DNA of 64,000 bases from Epiperipatus broadwayi (GCA_028023455.1 JAQFVV010000007.1:7936001-8000000), one strand, 5' to 3'; shown: positions 13,141 to 27,472, counted from the stretch's first letter. The notes: generated by a model from the sequence alone, not told the origin. Numbers and translations: made by a program.

Positions 13141-14697
13141 AAAAAACAGATAAAACTAACATGCCACTATAACTAATGTTGGATTTTGGAAGGGCCCACT
13201 ACTTCAACATGGCCAAGTGGGTAAATAAGCAGCTTATTCAAATCTAAGATTTTGGCACATGATTCAATCATTACCTTTAGATTTTGATTCTGTTCAATCG
13301 AAATTATTTACTTGTTATCTTTTAAGCTATATAGATTTTTAAATGTCATTTTTATCAAATAAATTACTTAAAATTTCATTCTCATTACATATAATGCTAC
13401 TCACCATTGTATATACATTTATCTGTGATTCTCTTTGTGAATTTGTCTTGGTAAGACAGGTATACTCCAGGATTGTCCCAATTAGGAAGGTATAATCAGG
13501 TATGTTGGCATTCTCCCTTCTGTATAGGGCTTGACAAGCTTCAGGCCAACAAAACTGTCTTCTAGAACACATTTGTACAGGCTAATTGATCCATTTTCAG
13601 TTGACTCAGAATTAAGGTGAATCAAAACTTTAGTATGTAGAACTAGGAGACAGATCACTGCTGGATTTACTGGTATGACTTCATCTACATTTTCATGGGA
13701 AGTCTGTTCAATTCTCCTAGCTAATTCTGCAGCTATCTATTCTGCTTTTCAAAAATATTATTAGCCAGCCCTTCTTGCCATCTCGTACAAAAACTACAAG
13801 CCAAACTATATTAGCCAATTCTCTTTATAAAAACTACTATCCAGACTTTGCTGGCCTAATTGGCCATTGCTTCTCAAAATATTAAAACCAGACTTTTCTG
13901 GCCAGCTCTTATAAAAACTGCAAGCCAAACTGAACTGATATTTTTTATCAGACTTTATAATTTTTGTAGGGTCAGGTGATAAACACATAGTGCTGTTTTT
14001 CAATCTGTCTAATCCTTTTGAACACAAGTTTGAAGTTTTACCAAAATGTGATATATATGTTTTTATTTAGATAGAGATATTTACCAACTAATTAAAAGAT
14101 AGAAATTTTTACAATTATTAAACAAATGTTTATTTTTAAATTTCAAAATCAGAGTAATAGTAATACAATATTTAGATCTTTTTAAACATTTTAATGAATA
14201 ATAAAATTCTGTTTTAAATTCAGAATTATTTAACACTTTATTTACTATTTTTATTCCAGTGAATGTAGAAAATATCTACAAAAATTTATGTGCATTTATT
14301 TCTACTTTTCCTTTACTTTTTATATACATGTGCACATGCAACTATGTTGCTGTGTGCGATGTAACCCAGATGGATGCCATATATATATATATATGAAATT
14401 ACATGAAAATGCCAACCAGCATACCAATTAAATTATTTTTTTAATTGTTGTATATTTTTTCAAGAATAACTCCTACCATTAACTGCCTTAGAATGTAGTC
14501 AATTCCCACATCAATTATATGATTCCATTCCTACCACATATATAATGTTCATGTTTATTATAAAAGTTTAAAAATGAGTGAAATATCTCTACACTATGAA
14601 ATTAGTATCAATTATTTCAAAATCAATTTACATTAAAAATATATAAGCTATTTTATGACTGCTCTCTGGATGTTGTTATAATGGATAGCTTTATATA

Positions 14698-14880
14698 ATC
14701 ATCATCATCAAACATTATCAATACACTGTAGGATAAAGGTCTCTCCAAGGTTTAACCAACTCTGATCTTTTGCTTCTCTTCTCCATATCACCCCTGCACA
14801 CGTTCTTCTTTCAGCCATCCATCTCACATGTGGTCTCTTTCTTGGTTTTTTACAATCTCTTATAAAAATATCTAAATAGA
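14698..14880 (-). mobile_element. RTE-clade LINE 3' end fragment
   Basis: (ATC)n tail at 14698-14710; reverse complement matches the RTE 3' end at 29160-29310. Confidence 0.7.
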
Positions 14881-14899
14881 GTAATAAATGTTATTTTCA

Positions 14900-15400
14900 T
14901 ACTGCAAAAAGTTACTCAATATTGCAGAGAAAAAGCAGTTCATTTATCAATTCTTGGTGATTATCATCGGGCTTTATATTTATCCAATAAAAAAGTATTA
15001 CTTATCATTATGTACGGCTATATATATGAAAGTTTTCTCAAAGTCTACACACATTTTCTTAAGATGCTTGTTTGCAGTGAAATTGAGAAGTGGTTCCATT
15101 TTTTCTTCAATCATTAGATGTTATTGGCTGATAATTTCTTTGAATTCCTGGATGGTTTTATAAGAAAGATGGGCTCAATTCTCTCAAAGTTCTTTGTGTT
15201 ACTTTTTATAATTCTTTAACCAAACATACTCCTTTCTTGATGAATGCTATTATCCTTGGTAAGCAATTCTTTCATTTTCTTTATGCTACATGAGATGTCA
15301 CATGCTGATTAATTAGCTACAAAAGAAAATGGAGAGGTCAAGGTCCAGGAGGTGAACCAAAAGTACTGACAATAACAATCAATACCATTTATTATCTAAT
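14900..15400 (-). pseudogene. Decayed non-LTR RT fragment (RTE-like)
   Basis: Minus-strand remnants PGP and CVDFEKTF (cf. DFEKAFD) amid stops and frameshifts. Confidence 0.45.
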
Positions 15401-17021
15401 AGAAAGATTTTAATAAAGTGTACAGTTTTCCTTGTTTGTTTTTTCATCACTGCCTTCTCAAAATTATTTTACAATTGGCTTTCCTTTCTATCATTATAGG
15501 TCTTTACAAATTGGATGGCTACAATTACATTCCTTAACTTCTTAATAACTATCTTCTTTTTTTCTCCATATGTCAAAGCATTGGCCAGGAAGCAAACTCG
15601 CGACAACCATCTGCAAGCAACTGCTTGCTTGCAAGGCGGGTCTCGGTCAATTTATTTGTCAAAAAACACTTAAAACTGACTAAATTTGGGCAACATTATA
15701 CACTTATCTAACTATCATAGCACTTTTTGATTAACTAAACAATCAAGATACTTAAAGAGGTGAAACGTTATATTTATATGAATTTTTGTAATCAAGCCAT
15801 TTTATACTTTCAAATTATAAATAAAATGTAAATTCTAATAATTTTAATAAGAATCAACTATTAAATAACAATATGATAGGATCATAAAAGTAGGATTATT
15901 TGCTAATTTGTTAAAATGATTTTTATAGATCAATCTTGTGAATTATTTTTATGGTTTGCACGCTCACAGTGAACTTCTACTTAAATAATAGTATATATTA
16001 AAACCAACTCAACACCATGTGTCCTAGTTTATGCAATATTTTTAAGCAAAAATTCTACTTTATTAATTTAGCATGGTATCTACTGTAATCTTTAGTAATC
16101 AATTAGTGTAAATATAGATAGATCAAGCCCATCTGAGTATACAATTTTCCAAGTTTTATTCATTGTAGTTTCCAATTCCAATTCATTTACATGGTAGGCA
16201 GAGGTAATGGACAGAAGTGGTAAAAGTATGACTTCAACATATGAAACAGTGTACTAAGTATTGGTACTATACTTTATTTTGAAGGAGAAAGGGTAGAAGT
16301 AAGGGATGATACAGAAAACGATACATGGATCAATGCTCAGTTCCAAGTTTAAATATGAACGAATAAGAGAAAATGTAAAAAATAAAAAATAAGACAAAAG
16401 AGAATAAAATTCATTTATCTAAATAGTTTGTCTTTTTTTTCTCCAAAATATATATAATAATAAAACTTATTGCAAAAAAAAAAAAAAAAAAGTTGTCAAA
16501 TTAAAGATAGAAAGAAATATACAATTTTTAGTAAATATTTAATAAAATTGATAGCATTATCGAAATCTGAGGAAAACTATTAATATTATAAATATATATA
16601 ATAAAAAAAAACTAACTCAATAATCACTTTTTTCAAAATGTTACTATGAAAAAAAGTAATTTCCTCAATATTTGAATCCCAAAAATCGAAATATATATAT
16701 TAAATTTAAATAAAAAAAGATACAGGGGAAGATGGATCCGAGAAATGAATTCGAAGAAAAAAAATGTTAAGAAACATTTCCTCTTTCGACAAAAATAGAA
16801 TTCAAAGCAATTTTTGAAATATATTAAAAATACATTTTTGTATTTTTTTAATGCAGAGAAGGAAATAAATATATTGCTACTAAATAAGTCATCACCATCA
16901 TTTTCAAAAAAATATCAATCCACTACAACATTAAGATCTTTCCAAGTTTAAAGTAGTTTCCTTGATTTCTAACACAACGTCTTCATAACACACTAACAAA
17001 CTTCAATATTTCACCCATTCA

Positions 17022-17130
17022 CACCCTGTGCAGTTTGGTATGGTTGGCCATGAGATCAGAAGGTCTCAGGATCAATTCACTCACATGTCAGGCGCTCAAA
17101 CTTCTTATAAACTCCTGAGCAATAAAACCA
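17022..17130 (+). mobile_element. tRNA-like SINE family B copy
   Basis: Core GCGCTCAAACTTCTTATAAACTCCTGAGCAATAAA (17092-17126) shared with copies at ~32.4, 41.0, 41.8, 46.2 and 47.7 kb. Confidence 0.6.
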
Positions 17131-17149
17131 TATGCCTTTATTATCTCCT

Positions 17150-17580
17150 ATGTGGCCGCTTTCTAGGTCTTTTTACAGTTTCTTGGGATCCAATGTAATA
17201 CTTACATGGGCACCATAAATTATCTTTTTAGCAATATGTTTAGCCCAGTTCCATGTCAGTCTCTTAATGATTTCAATATAATTAGTGATATCTGTTTTTC
17301 TCCCACATATATATTTTAGTTTCAATCTTTACTTAGTACAAAACATGCATCTCTTGGTCTATACACTTCAAAAGAACTCTTACAACTTCTTCATATCTTA
17401 CCAGGATCTGCAATTTTGCCATTTTAACTCTGAGAAGAAATCTTAATACACCATATAGTGAATATCTTTGTTTCAATTTAAATCATTAGACAAATAGATA
17501 TATTTCAAGGTTATTATATAATTTCTTGTATTTTATTCTTTATATTTCTTCCACTATAAATGTCTATCACAATGGTGAAA
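17150..17580 (-). mobile_element. RTE-clade LINE 3' coding remnant
   Basis: Minus strand reads KRLTWNWAKHIAKKD...W.PRNCKRPR, the RTE KW.WAGH...W.PR..KR signature. Confidence 0.7.
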
Positions 17581-17715
17581 CTCTCCATACAGTAGCACCA
17601 CTCAGTGCAGGTTAGAGTAATCAATGGATGCAGGAAGGTTTTTGCATAAAATCCCTATCTAGTGTAAGCATAAAGAATAGTGATCATGTGACATTTAGTG
17701 GTATAACCCCTATTG
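17578..17715. mobile_element. Truncated member of the 53-kb hammerhead-palindrome family
   Basis: 17578-17665 matches 53070-53157; 17666-17705 matches the 53-kb tail (GCATAA...GATCATGTGA...TTTAGTGG). Confidence 0.7.
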
Positions 17716-20433
17716 TATACAAGAGTATCATCCATACATAAAATAGTGCTATACATATTTTGCTGATTAATATGATACTTTCAATGTTCCAAAACGAAGT
17801 TAGTGCCTATGTTCAGTAAATAATTGTACTTTCTTAGCTGTTTGATCCACTGATAACTTTTAAGCCTCTTGCATCTTTAGATCCCTTAATTGTTTATGAA
17901 GTTTTTAAATTTAATTTATTATCATTCCCACCCTCTCCAAAAAAAAAAAAAACAGAGAGCAGTAAATCTTTCCCTTGAGTCAATTCACTAGCAATACAAT
18001 TATTATCAAGAAACATACATAATTTTTTTTGGTGAACCAAGTATAGATTTACTTCCATAATACAGTGCTGAAAGCTCATTAACATGGCAAAAGCAAAAAT
18101 CTAAATTGGCAATTTTAAAGTTAAAGAACTGTTGAAATTTAGCACAAATAGTAGTTATTTCTTAACCCTATATTTTGAAGTCGAAAATTTTTAATAATAA
18201 AGTACATGTTCAGAAAGTGCTTTCTGCCACTTTGATTTCTAAGGGAAGCCCCAAAACTACCACTGACTCAACAAGGTACATAATGTCCTAGAGCAATTGT
18301 TCCACTTATTTTATCTATTTTGTTGAAAAATCACAAAATTCCATCAAAAATTAAAAAATAAATTAGAAAAAATTAAAATAAAAAAACCTGGTAGTATGTA
18401 AGCATATGACCAAAAGATCAAATTACTATGACAATCAAATATAAAAAAGAAAATTTGCATCTATTATTAGTAAAGACCATACAAATGTTAGCATAATTAC
18501 ATAAGAAATTAAAAAAAAAATCTGAAATATCTTTAGAAATCAAAATATCCAGCATATAATAATTAGAAAATGAACAAAAACAATTAGCAAAAATCAAAAT
18601 TTCAGAAACAATTTTTAACAAATTGTTAAATAGCAAATATATCCGATTACTATTATTAAAACATAAGTGATGAATAAAAAATAAAATTGTAAAAACATAT
18701 TATAAAAATATATTTTATTATATGAAAACATGAAAAGCCATTTTCCATAATCAAACTTGATAAAATACAGGTAAAAATTGAAAAGCTGAACCATATATTC
18801 TCATTTTAACTTTGAAGCTACTTATGATTTAGCCAAAAATCTGTCTTTTGAAGTGCTTAATTGTTATTAATTTCTTTTAAATTATTTATCAAAATTATAT
18901 AGTTGTATAATCTGTTTTTCTGTGGAAAGATAATAAAGAAATCTTAGTGCTGTAGTGAACTTACATGGATTTACTTTTATATTAGTTTATTTTCATCACA
19001 GGTACACAATATATTTATAATAAAACAAGATACAGTTAACGCATTAAATATAATAGTTCTATTGTATACATTTAAGTTTATGTTTACTAAACATTAGCTT
19101 TCAGTTTTTGAGAATAATAAATAAAAGATTCTTTAAGCAAATCATTACTCCAAAATCGCAATCAGAGAGCGTACATAATTAAAGAAAGACTCGAAGTCTA
19201 AACTAATCCAAAAATTAAACTGTTTAATGAAAGCAATAAAATCAAGAGTATTTTAAAAGAAAATATAAAAAAAAGAAATGCAAATTGACGAAGAAATAAA
19301 TAAATAAACCAAAGAAAACAGATCCCCATAAAGGAATTGTATACGAGATAAAAAGTGTTTTACTTTCTTTATATAAAATCTTCATCGCGATTGGGGGGGG
19401 GGGGGTAAATCTAGAAAGTAAATACATAAATAAGCTTTAAAAGATAATAAACATTTATAACAAGTTTTCAATTCCGCAGTAATCAGGATTAATTCTCAAG
19501 CAGTAATCAACAGAAAATAACTCCAATGTTTTATTTTCAGTGGGATTTAATTAGGAATAATTCCTACAAGAATATACTGTTCCGTTTGCAGTAGGAGAAA
19601 AAAGGGTGGGATGCTATTTTGTAAAAAAAAAAAAAAGCTTCTTGGGTTATTTTACGATTAAGTTAAGTCTCGATGGCTTTTTGATTAACCGAGTAGATAG
19701 ATCTATTAGCCGTCAACAGGGGAATCTCCAAGTCAAATAGTTTTAGATGTTCAAAGTAAAGATTAGATTGAAGCATTTAAATCTGTTATTACATTTCTGT
19801 TACAAACAAAGTAATCAAGACTTAAATTATAAAATGTAGAATAACTTTAAGAATAATATAACATTCAATTTAAATTTAACTTTGACAGTTTTATTTCTAA
19901 ACACAATCAATTTAACGGTTTAATTCTTCACAGTCTAAGCAGCATAGTAAATGAAGATCTATTTACCGTACTTTAACTATATAAATATAAACTATATATA
20001 TATTTGCCAATGAAGAATGCTACAGTATAATAATAAATTAAAAATGACTAGGTAGATTTTACAGAAAGAGCATAACCATTAAAAAGCTTGAACGTCACAT
20101 GATTTCCTGGCAGCTGAACCATGAAACAATTTATAATTATGATTATTTATGTATATATGGAAATATTATTTGCATTTATGACTGCAAATTATATTTATTT
20201 ATATCAATTTCTAATAAATTACATGGGGAAAAAAAATTCGCATGGAGTTATAAGTGTAATAAATTATTATACAAATATATAAAACATATAAAATAATACA
20301 ATTAACAGTTAAAAAAACAAAAAAACCAATTGCAATATAAATAGTTATCATCTAATAATATAAAGAGATCTATCAATAAACATATATAAATAAAAAATAT
20401 ATTTAAATACAATATACTTAGGCTTAGCTCCAA

Positions 20434-20602
20434 TTAGAGGGGATTTGAACACAGACTTTCAAGCTCCCTTCAGTCATCCATTCCATCTTATACAATCGAT
20501 ACACATGACCACATACATGTATGAGAGCATGTATATTGGTTATATAAGCTGCAGTGGATAACTGAAGGGAGCTTGAAAGTCTGTGTTCAAATCCACTCTC
20601 AT
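20434..20602. repeat. Head-to-head palindrome of tRNA-like segments
   Basis: GGATTTGAACACAGACTTTCAAGCTCCCTTCAGT ... ACTGAAGGGAGCTTGAAAGTCTGTGTTCAAATCC, a perfect 34-bp outer arm, with weaker pairing inside. Confidence 0.85.
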
Positions 20603-20644
20603 TAAATTAATAAATATATGTGTAAAACAAAATATTATGACTAA

Positions 20645-20918
20645 CAATTGAAATAAGCGAGATGTTTAAACTTTGCGGTTAAATGTTACTATATAAATAT
20701 GATTTGCGCTAAAGATGCATACACACACAAAACTGAATTTTTAAATTCTTTATATATTAAAATAATGAAAAATAATGCAAAATAAATATGTATAAGTGTG
20801 GCTGAGCGCTTTCAAGGGACACAGCACTCATAATCATAGCCATATTGTAACTAACAAAACTAGTAATGCAAATTTATGCAAATGACTTAATGTATTCCAT
20901 TTCTTAGATATATTGTAG
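20645..20918 (+). repeat. Unclassified dispersed repeat (~270 bp), copy 2
   Basis: Homologous to 12870-13140. Confidence 0.8.
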
Positions 20919-22233
20919 CACGTGTCTTTTCTTTTGATGGTATGCTTACTCATAGTTTTACATATAATATTTTATAATTCAATAAGATCAATTCTATCTT
21001 ACTTTTATTAATCATTTAATTGAAAGTGAAACTTAAACAAATACTATAATTTTGCACACTTTTTACAATGGAAACAAACAAGTAAAAAATTACAATTGAA
21101 ATATAGACAGTTATAATCAAATATTAAATTTATCCCAGTTATTAATTGAAATTAACCATAAAATAATTTTTTTCTTAAATCATATTTTCGGGATAATACT
21201 GCATTAAAATATTGACATTCATAAGACCAATATAACATATTCTCTGTGGATTTTATTATAAAGAGGATGATTAATCAAATAAAATTATGACTTACTAGCT
21301 TTAACTTCTTTTTTAAGAAACAATACTTTGGAATGATGTTTGAAGAAATGATATAAAATATTGACTATAAATATTTTTTGACCGATAAAATTCCTGATAT
21401 ATTATATAATAAGTCAAAATGATATTCTAACGATTTATTTAAAATAATTCTTAAAAGAAAAATTCTGTATAGTCTTTAAAAACCTGAAATGGTATTAAGC
21501 TGTGTCTTCCCAAAGAGATATCCCTTATGTTAATTTAGGGAGAAAAAAATTGACTATAATAATATAATGATCGTCTACATTAAAATGTTTCTAATTTTAT
21601 AAAAATGTAATACAGAGAGTGTACCAATAGTTCAAACAAGCTCTTAATTGATAAGGGCAGTAAGGGAAAATATTTAAAATTTCTATCTGAAAAACTCCTA
21701 TCCCCAGACCAATTAATTTCGAGCTTACTGCTTATCTCAGTGAGGAGCTAAAATTTTCAGACACTAGATCCAAAACATCAACTCAAATCCCAGCACTTAT
21801 TTCATATGTAATATTTAAGTAGAAACTCTGAAGTTTTTGGACATGAAAATGTCTTTTACTCCAGCTATCTAACTTAAATAGCTATATGGGACTGAACCAA
21901 ATTCAGATGTACCATACATTAATAGCCTCAGCATAGTCATATATGACATACTTTATTAATAATTACAATTTTATAAAATAGAACATTTAAAAATCTTAAA
22001 TTTTTTGGATATCAATTATATGTTTATCCCATCTAAGATATAAATCCAGCAGTAATCCAAATTAAAATGTAGACTCACTGTTTATTATTTTATTGTTTGA
22101 CATTTCAATAGAAATATTTTGAAAATTAGACATTTTATAATTTTAAACAATATATTTGATTTATTATAATTGATAATTAAATTATTATAGAAAAACCAAT
22201 GCTTAATTTATATTTGCATCCTCATTTATTAAT

Positions 22234-22416
22234 ATAAAGAGTTTTGCAGAATAGCCCCAACCCCGGACCATTTTCTGCTACTGGATTCCTCAGTCTATGG
22301 TTGGGGATATTCTGCAAAGCTTGTTAAAAGCATATTTGCGAGCTCCTTATATAACATTTGTAATACGAGTTTGTTAAATTAGATCATGTGACATATGACT
22401 TGATTTCTTTGTAATT
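22234..22416 (+). mobile_element. Inverted-5'-end insertion with 12-bp TSD
   Basis: TSD TCATTTATTAAT at 22222-22233 and 22417-22428; ~29-bp arms (22234-22262 / 22299-22327) plus ~89 bp unpaired; related to 42910-43064. Confidence 0.75.
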
Positions 22417-25400
22417 TCATTTATTAATTTTTGAAGTAGTTCATAAGTTATAGCCAATAATACTAATGGTGTGTTATCTGCAAAACATGAAATATTTGAA
22501 TGTAAAAAAAGATTTGTTAAGTCATTAATGTAAATAATCCTTGCGGGATGCCAAACTCAATAAAAGAATAGTCCTTGAAGCTACAACATTATAAATAAAA
22601 TGCTAATGGCTTTATTTCTTGGGAATTCTTCAGAAATTTGAATACCAAAACTGTGAACACGAGAATCAATCCTAGAACTTCAAGATCCCAAGTTGGACAA
22701 TCTCCCGACTGTGGTAAACCGGCAAGATACAAAATTATAAACTATATATTATAAGTATAAATTAGTGAAATATAACAGAATTATAGGCAAATTATGATAA
22801 ATAAGTTAATATATTTTGAATTAGACATAAATAAATTTTGAGAGATGTCAGTTCTGATAATATTTACTATGAAAGAAATGTTTTCATGTAATAACCTATC
22901 CATAGTAAAAATACCTATTACAAATGATTGTAACTGAAAACTCTTCAGATTTATCTTAAAATTATAATAGTATTACAATGACCAACAAATACAAATTTTC
23001 AAAAATATAAAAATATAACCATGCTTGACCTACCACTGAGTACTTAAATTGTTGGCTCTGAAGACAATATAAATATGACTAACATAAGCTTAAAACATTC
23101 TATAATCAATACCAATTTCATACCAAAAGCTGAGAAAACTCTAATCAATAGATCATTCATAATTACTCTACCATGAATACTGATGTACTCAACCTGAAAC
23201 ACCGCTTTACTAATTTTTATCTTATAAATTCATTGGAAGCATACATTAATAGATATATTTTTCATCAATCTATAAAAAATAATAACCTTCACATCACTGA
23301 CAGCTTGGGAATTCAGAAAAAGTCGGAGAATCAAAAATGACAAGGTTTAGCCATTAGCAATAGTTCCTTGAGACCAGAACCCACCACTTTACCACTGTAC
23401 TAAACTGTATAGAGTTGTCAGTAAAATAAAATCTGTACTATCCATAAAATTCTACTCTAGAGTCTGGTCCTTTGCCATTGCATTAAATAATATAAGGAAA
23501 TCAATAAAATCATGTTTATTTATTTTCTAACTAAAAAAAATCTGTACAATAAATTTGAGGTACAATAAGAAAAAGGAATGGCTCTGAAAGCTTAAATTAC
23601 TTTTCTATAATTAATAAAAAACATATGAAATTTACAGTTAATAAATATTGATTAACCACTAAGGATGATGAAGGTCTTTGTTTAGAGATAGTGCTGTTTG
23701 ACATTTGTTTTCCTTTGCACTTCTATAGCTATCAGTACTGACATTTCTTTAGGTTTTTTTTAAAAAAAAATGACAATAACAAACTAACAGTGATTCACAA
23801 ACAACTTAAAGAGGTCAGTATGAACAATAGTCACTAAAGTCAAAGTAATTTAGACCAGCTTCAACTGTATTTGATGGCTTTAGTTCTATGTTATCTGGTT
23901 TCAAGACCATTTATGAGACTATTTCAAGAAGATTTTTGAAACAACAAAAAATTTGTGTTTTTATGTAGTTTATTAAAGATTTCTGATTATTTTTACACAA
24001 TAATTGTATAATAATTATTAAAAAATAAAAATATATATGATTATATCTTTATTTTACATGAATATTTCTATTTTTAAAATAAAAGTTAACAAAATCTGTC
24101 TATCCTCAAAAAAGAACACTATACCTGGCACAATGACCATTACTTATGTAAATCTCTCTATTACCTTTGATGACATACTAATAGGATTTTCTGAGATAAT
24201 CTAAAAATTGTAAATGTCATTTTAAATTGTGAAGCAGATTTTATACATCTATCAGGGATTCATACATATATATTCCCATTTTAAAAATAAATTTCAGGCA
24301 ACAAAAGTTTTGATAATTTTCTGGAACCATTTGCTTGACTCCTTTTTCACAATGTCTAATGAAAACATATTTCAATGTTTTCATTATGTATTCATGATAT
24401 TACTTTTCAACATCTGTAAAGTTCAAATATGAATTTTTAGATTTTTTTTATTTGTAAATTTATATTTCCAACAAATCAAGTCCAAGGTGTTGAATTCTTA
24501 TATCAATTAAAGTTTAATATTGGAAACAAATATTGAATGATAACAATAGTTGCCACCAGGGAACAATGCAAATGTTAATTGGTTGAAGGGTTAAAAAACT
24601 TTTGTTTTGGTTTAAAAACTACTTTTAAAAGATGATTTTTTACATCGTATATTTTAATCAATGTAATTATTTCTGTACATTTACAATTTGTTCCACAAAA
24701 AAATCATATGATTGTTATACTTTTAAAAAATAGAAATTTGGTTAACAAGAATTTAATAATAAAAACAGAATGTTAAAATTATGAATAGGTGGTAGAAAAA
24801 ATCACACTAGCCCGATGATGATCAAATGAACATAATACATAGTTCTGTATTTTTGCAATGGAATAACTATAAATATGCATATGAAAGATAAAAAAAATGA
24901 CATCACAAATTAATTAGAATATTTTGACTAATATGCTAAAGTTTTAGATTTATTTTAAAAATACAATCTTATTTTGAGCATTTAATATGAAGCTTATGAC
25001 TTACAAAAACAAAATGCAACAATATATTAAAAAAATTAAACTCCAGAAATCTACAATAACATTTTTCATAAAAATGTTTCCTTCAAAAAAAATTAAATAT
25101 ACCATTTAAAGATGTCAAACAAATAGATAGTAGTACAAGAAATTTATGTATTTGAGGCTCATGGGTTGATTTGTACAGTAGTCATAAAATTCATTTAAAC
25201 TTTTTATTAATTTTTTTTTCTAGAGTTAATTTGAGATAGATACACTCATTTATGAGAACTGTAAGAGATACATATATATTGGCATATAAATACTATAATA
25301 AAGTTGATATCTCAATATTTATTTTAATAATTGAATATAATTTTGCACATTAATATCATTCTCATGTTTATTAATATTATAATAAATATAGTTTTAAATG

Positions 25401-25640
25401 CTATTGGTTCTTTGATTTATCATGTGTTTCTATTGCGCAATTAATCATCAGCTTTCCTTGAGTATTCTCTTTCTATGATTTCTTTCTTTGCAAAAACGTC
25501 AAAAATATTGATGTACTTGTAGATTAATATTAGCTTTTCTATACATGAGCAAATACTTTATCATTCTCATCAATATGTTTGGTTTAATTTCTTCATTCTA
25601 TAAATATATATCTATAAAATCATACAAAACACATATAATA

Positions 25641-25971
25641 AAATAGTATAGAATACACTCTACAAAATTCAATATGCCTATATAAAATAAATAATTGAAT
25701 ATTAGCTATAGATAGCTTATAGTAGTTTATGCCATTTTGAATAGCAATTAAACATTAATATGTATATCTCATTAATGAGAATGAGCCAGATTATGGCAGT
25801 TTACATTATCTTGAGTAGCAATTAAATGTTAATAATGAGAATAAGATTTAAATATTAACATTTAATCATTACTCAAGATAGCATACACTGCTGTAAGCTG
25901 GTTACTGCTAATATTGTTATTTATTTTATATAGGCATATTAAATTTTGTATAGTGTATTCTAGAGTATTTT
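25641..25971. repeat. Long diverged palindrome with partial tandem duplication in the left arm
   Basis: GAATACACTCTACAAAATTCAATATGCCTATATAAAATAAATAA (25651-) pairs with 25918-25960; ATTAAATGTTAATA / TATTAACATTTAAT flank the centre at 25835-25852. Confidence 0.8.
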
Positions 25972-27180
25972 GATATATATAATTTAGATCATGTCAACTG
26001 AACAAAATACTGCCCATAAGCATGTCAACATCATCTTACTTTACTGGATTGCTTAGTTAATAAAAAGGGGTCATTTTGCATTGGTGCTGAAATTTACATT
26101 GTAACAGGATCTGGAAATCTCCTTATTAACATTTACTGCAATACATAAGAACTTGAATCTTAGAAACAATCACACAGAGAATATTTAGATTGAGCATCCA
26201 AACTAATTATGATATCAGACATTTTTAAATTACATCAACAGGAGACTCAAATCTCACTTGCATACCATAAAGTAAAATTACATTTGCTAATTTAATTGCA
26301 ATGAAATACCTGATTTTTTTAATTTATCATCTGTATTACATTGGGTTAGTGTTATACTTCAACATATTTTACCAAAAAGCTGCAAAAAAATATTTTAATA
26401 GGCTTACATTCTCAAATGATAACCAGTCAAGGTAAAAGTCTTTGTAGATGTCAAAACAATAAGAATATTCTGTGGAATGCTTGTACAATTGTTGAAGATA
26501 GCACATTCATTAATATACTTTAAATCAAGAAGATAAGAAGATGGCTTCATGTTTTTGGTTTTAATTGATACAAATTGAAAAATTTCACCATTAAACCTAT
26601 ATTGCATAACCACTTATATTAAACAAATAACAAAATAATGGATATATTATCTATAGTTTTTCCTTTTTATAAGATAATAGTTTTACCCAGCAGATTCACT
26701 TGCATTAGAAGATTAAAAGAATGTAATAAATAATAATATATAAGTTATCAATAACAGATAAAAATGATTATGGTAGCAATTTTTATAAACAATGTTGTTA
26801 ATTTCATCAGAAACTAATACAGACAGATTCTTTCCGCTTGATATTCATGAGCATGTAATATACAATTGGCTATGAGAAAAATATGGATTTATCACATTAA
26901 CTCCTGCAACTGTGAAATATACTATCTGAAATACTAAAAGTTAATGAAATTCAATAGTACAACTGATCTTAAATGATAATTTTCATTATTTGTTTTTCTC
27001 TTTCTGTATCTGCAGCTTTGCATTAGTAGAATAAAAAGATATAATGCAATATGTAGCTTTTCCCATAGCTTCTATATTTATATATTATTTACATGCAATA
27101 ATAATACATTAGCTATCAACATCAGTAAGGCAAAAAATATAACATTTATGATCAATTATACTACTAACTTTGATCAACTT

Positions 27181-27472
27181 TCAGGATTTAAGTTTAAATA
27201 TAAGGACTTTGATCACAGTCTTTCAAGCACTCTTCATCTATCCACACTATCTCATACCATTAATAGACATGACCACCCTTCTCCTATCCACACTATCTCA
27301 TACAACTGATAGACATGACTACCCTTCTTCTAGCCACACTATCTTATACCACTGCTACACATGACCACACATGTTTGTGGTCATGTATATTAGTGGTATG
27401 AGATAGTGTGGATAGATGAAGGGTGCTTGAAAGTCTGTGATCAAATCCCCTGTATTTGCAATTAAACTCCAG
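27181..27472. repeat. Head-to-head palindrome of tRNA-like segments; left arm has three ~48-bp tandem units
   Basis: Same family as 20434-20602; unit TATCCACACTATCTCATAC...GACATGACCAC occurs three times on the left and once inverted on the right. Confidence 0.85.

Noticed and set aside
25415-25456. CTGATGA...GAAAC on the minus strand
   Set aside because: Stem II has no loop, no U16.1 and no stem I complement.
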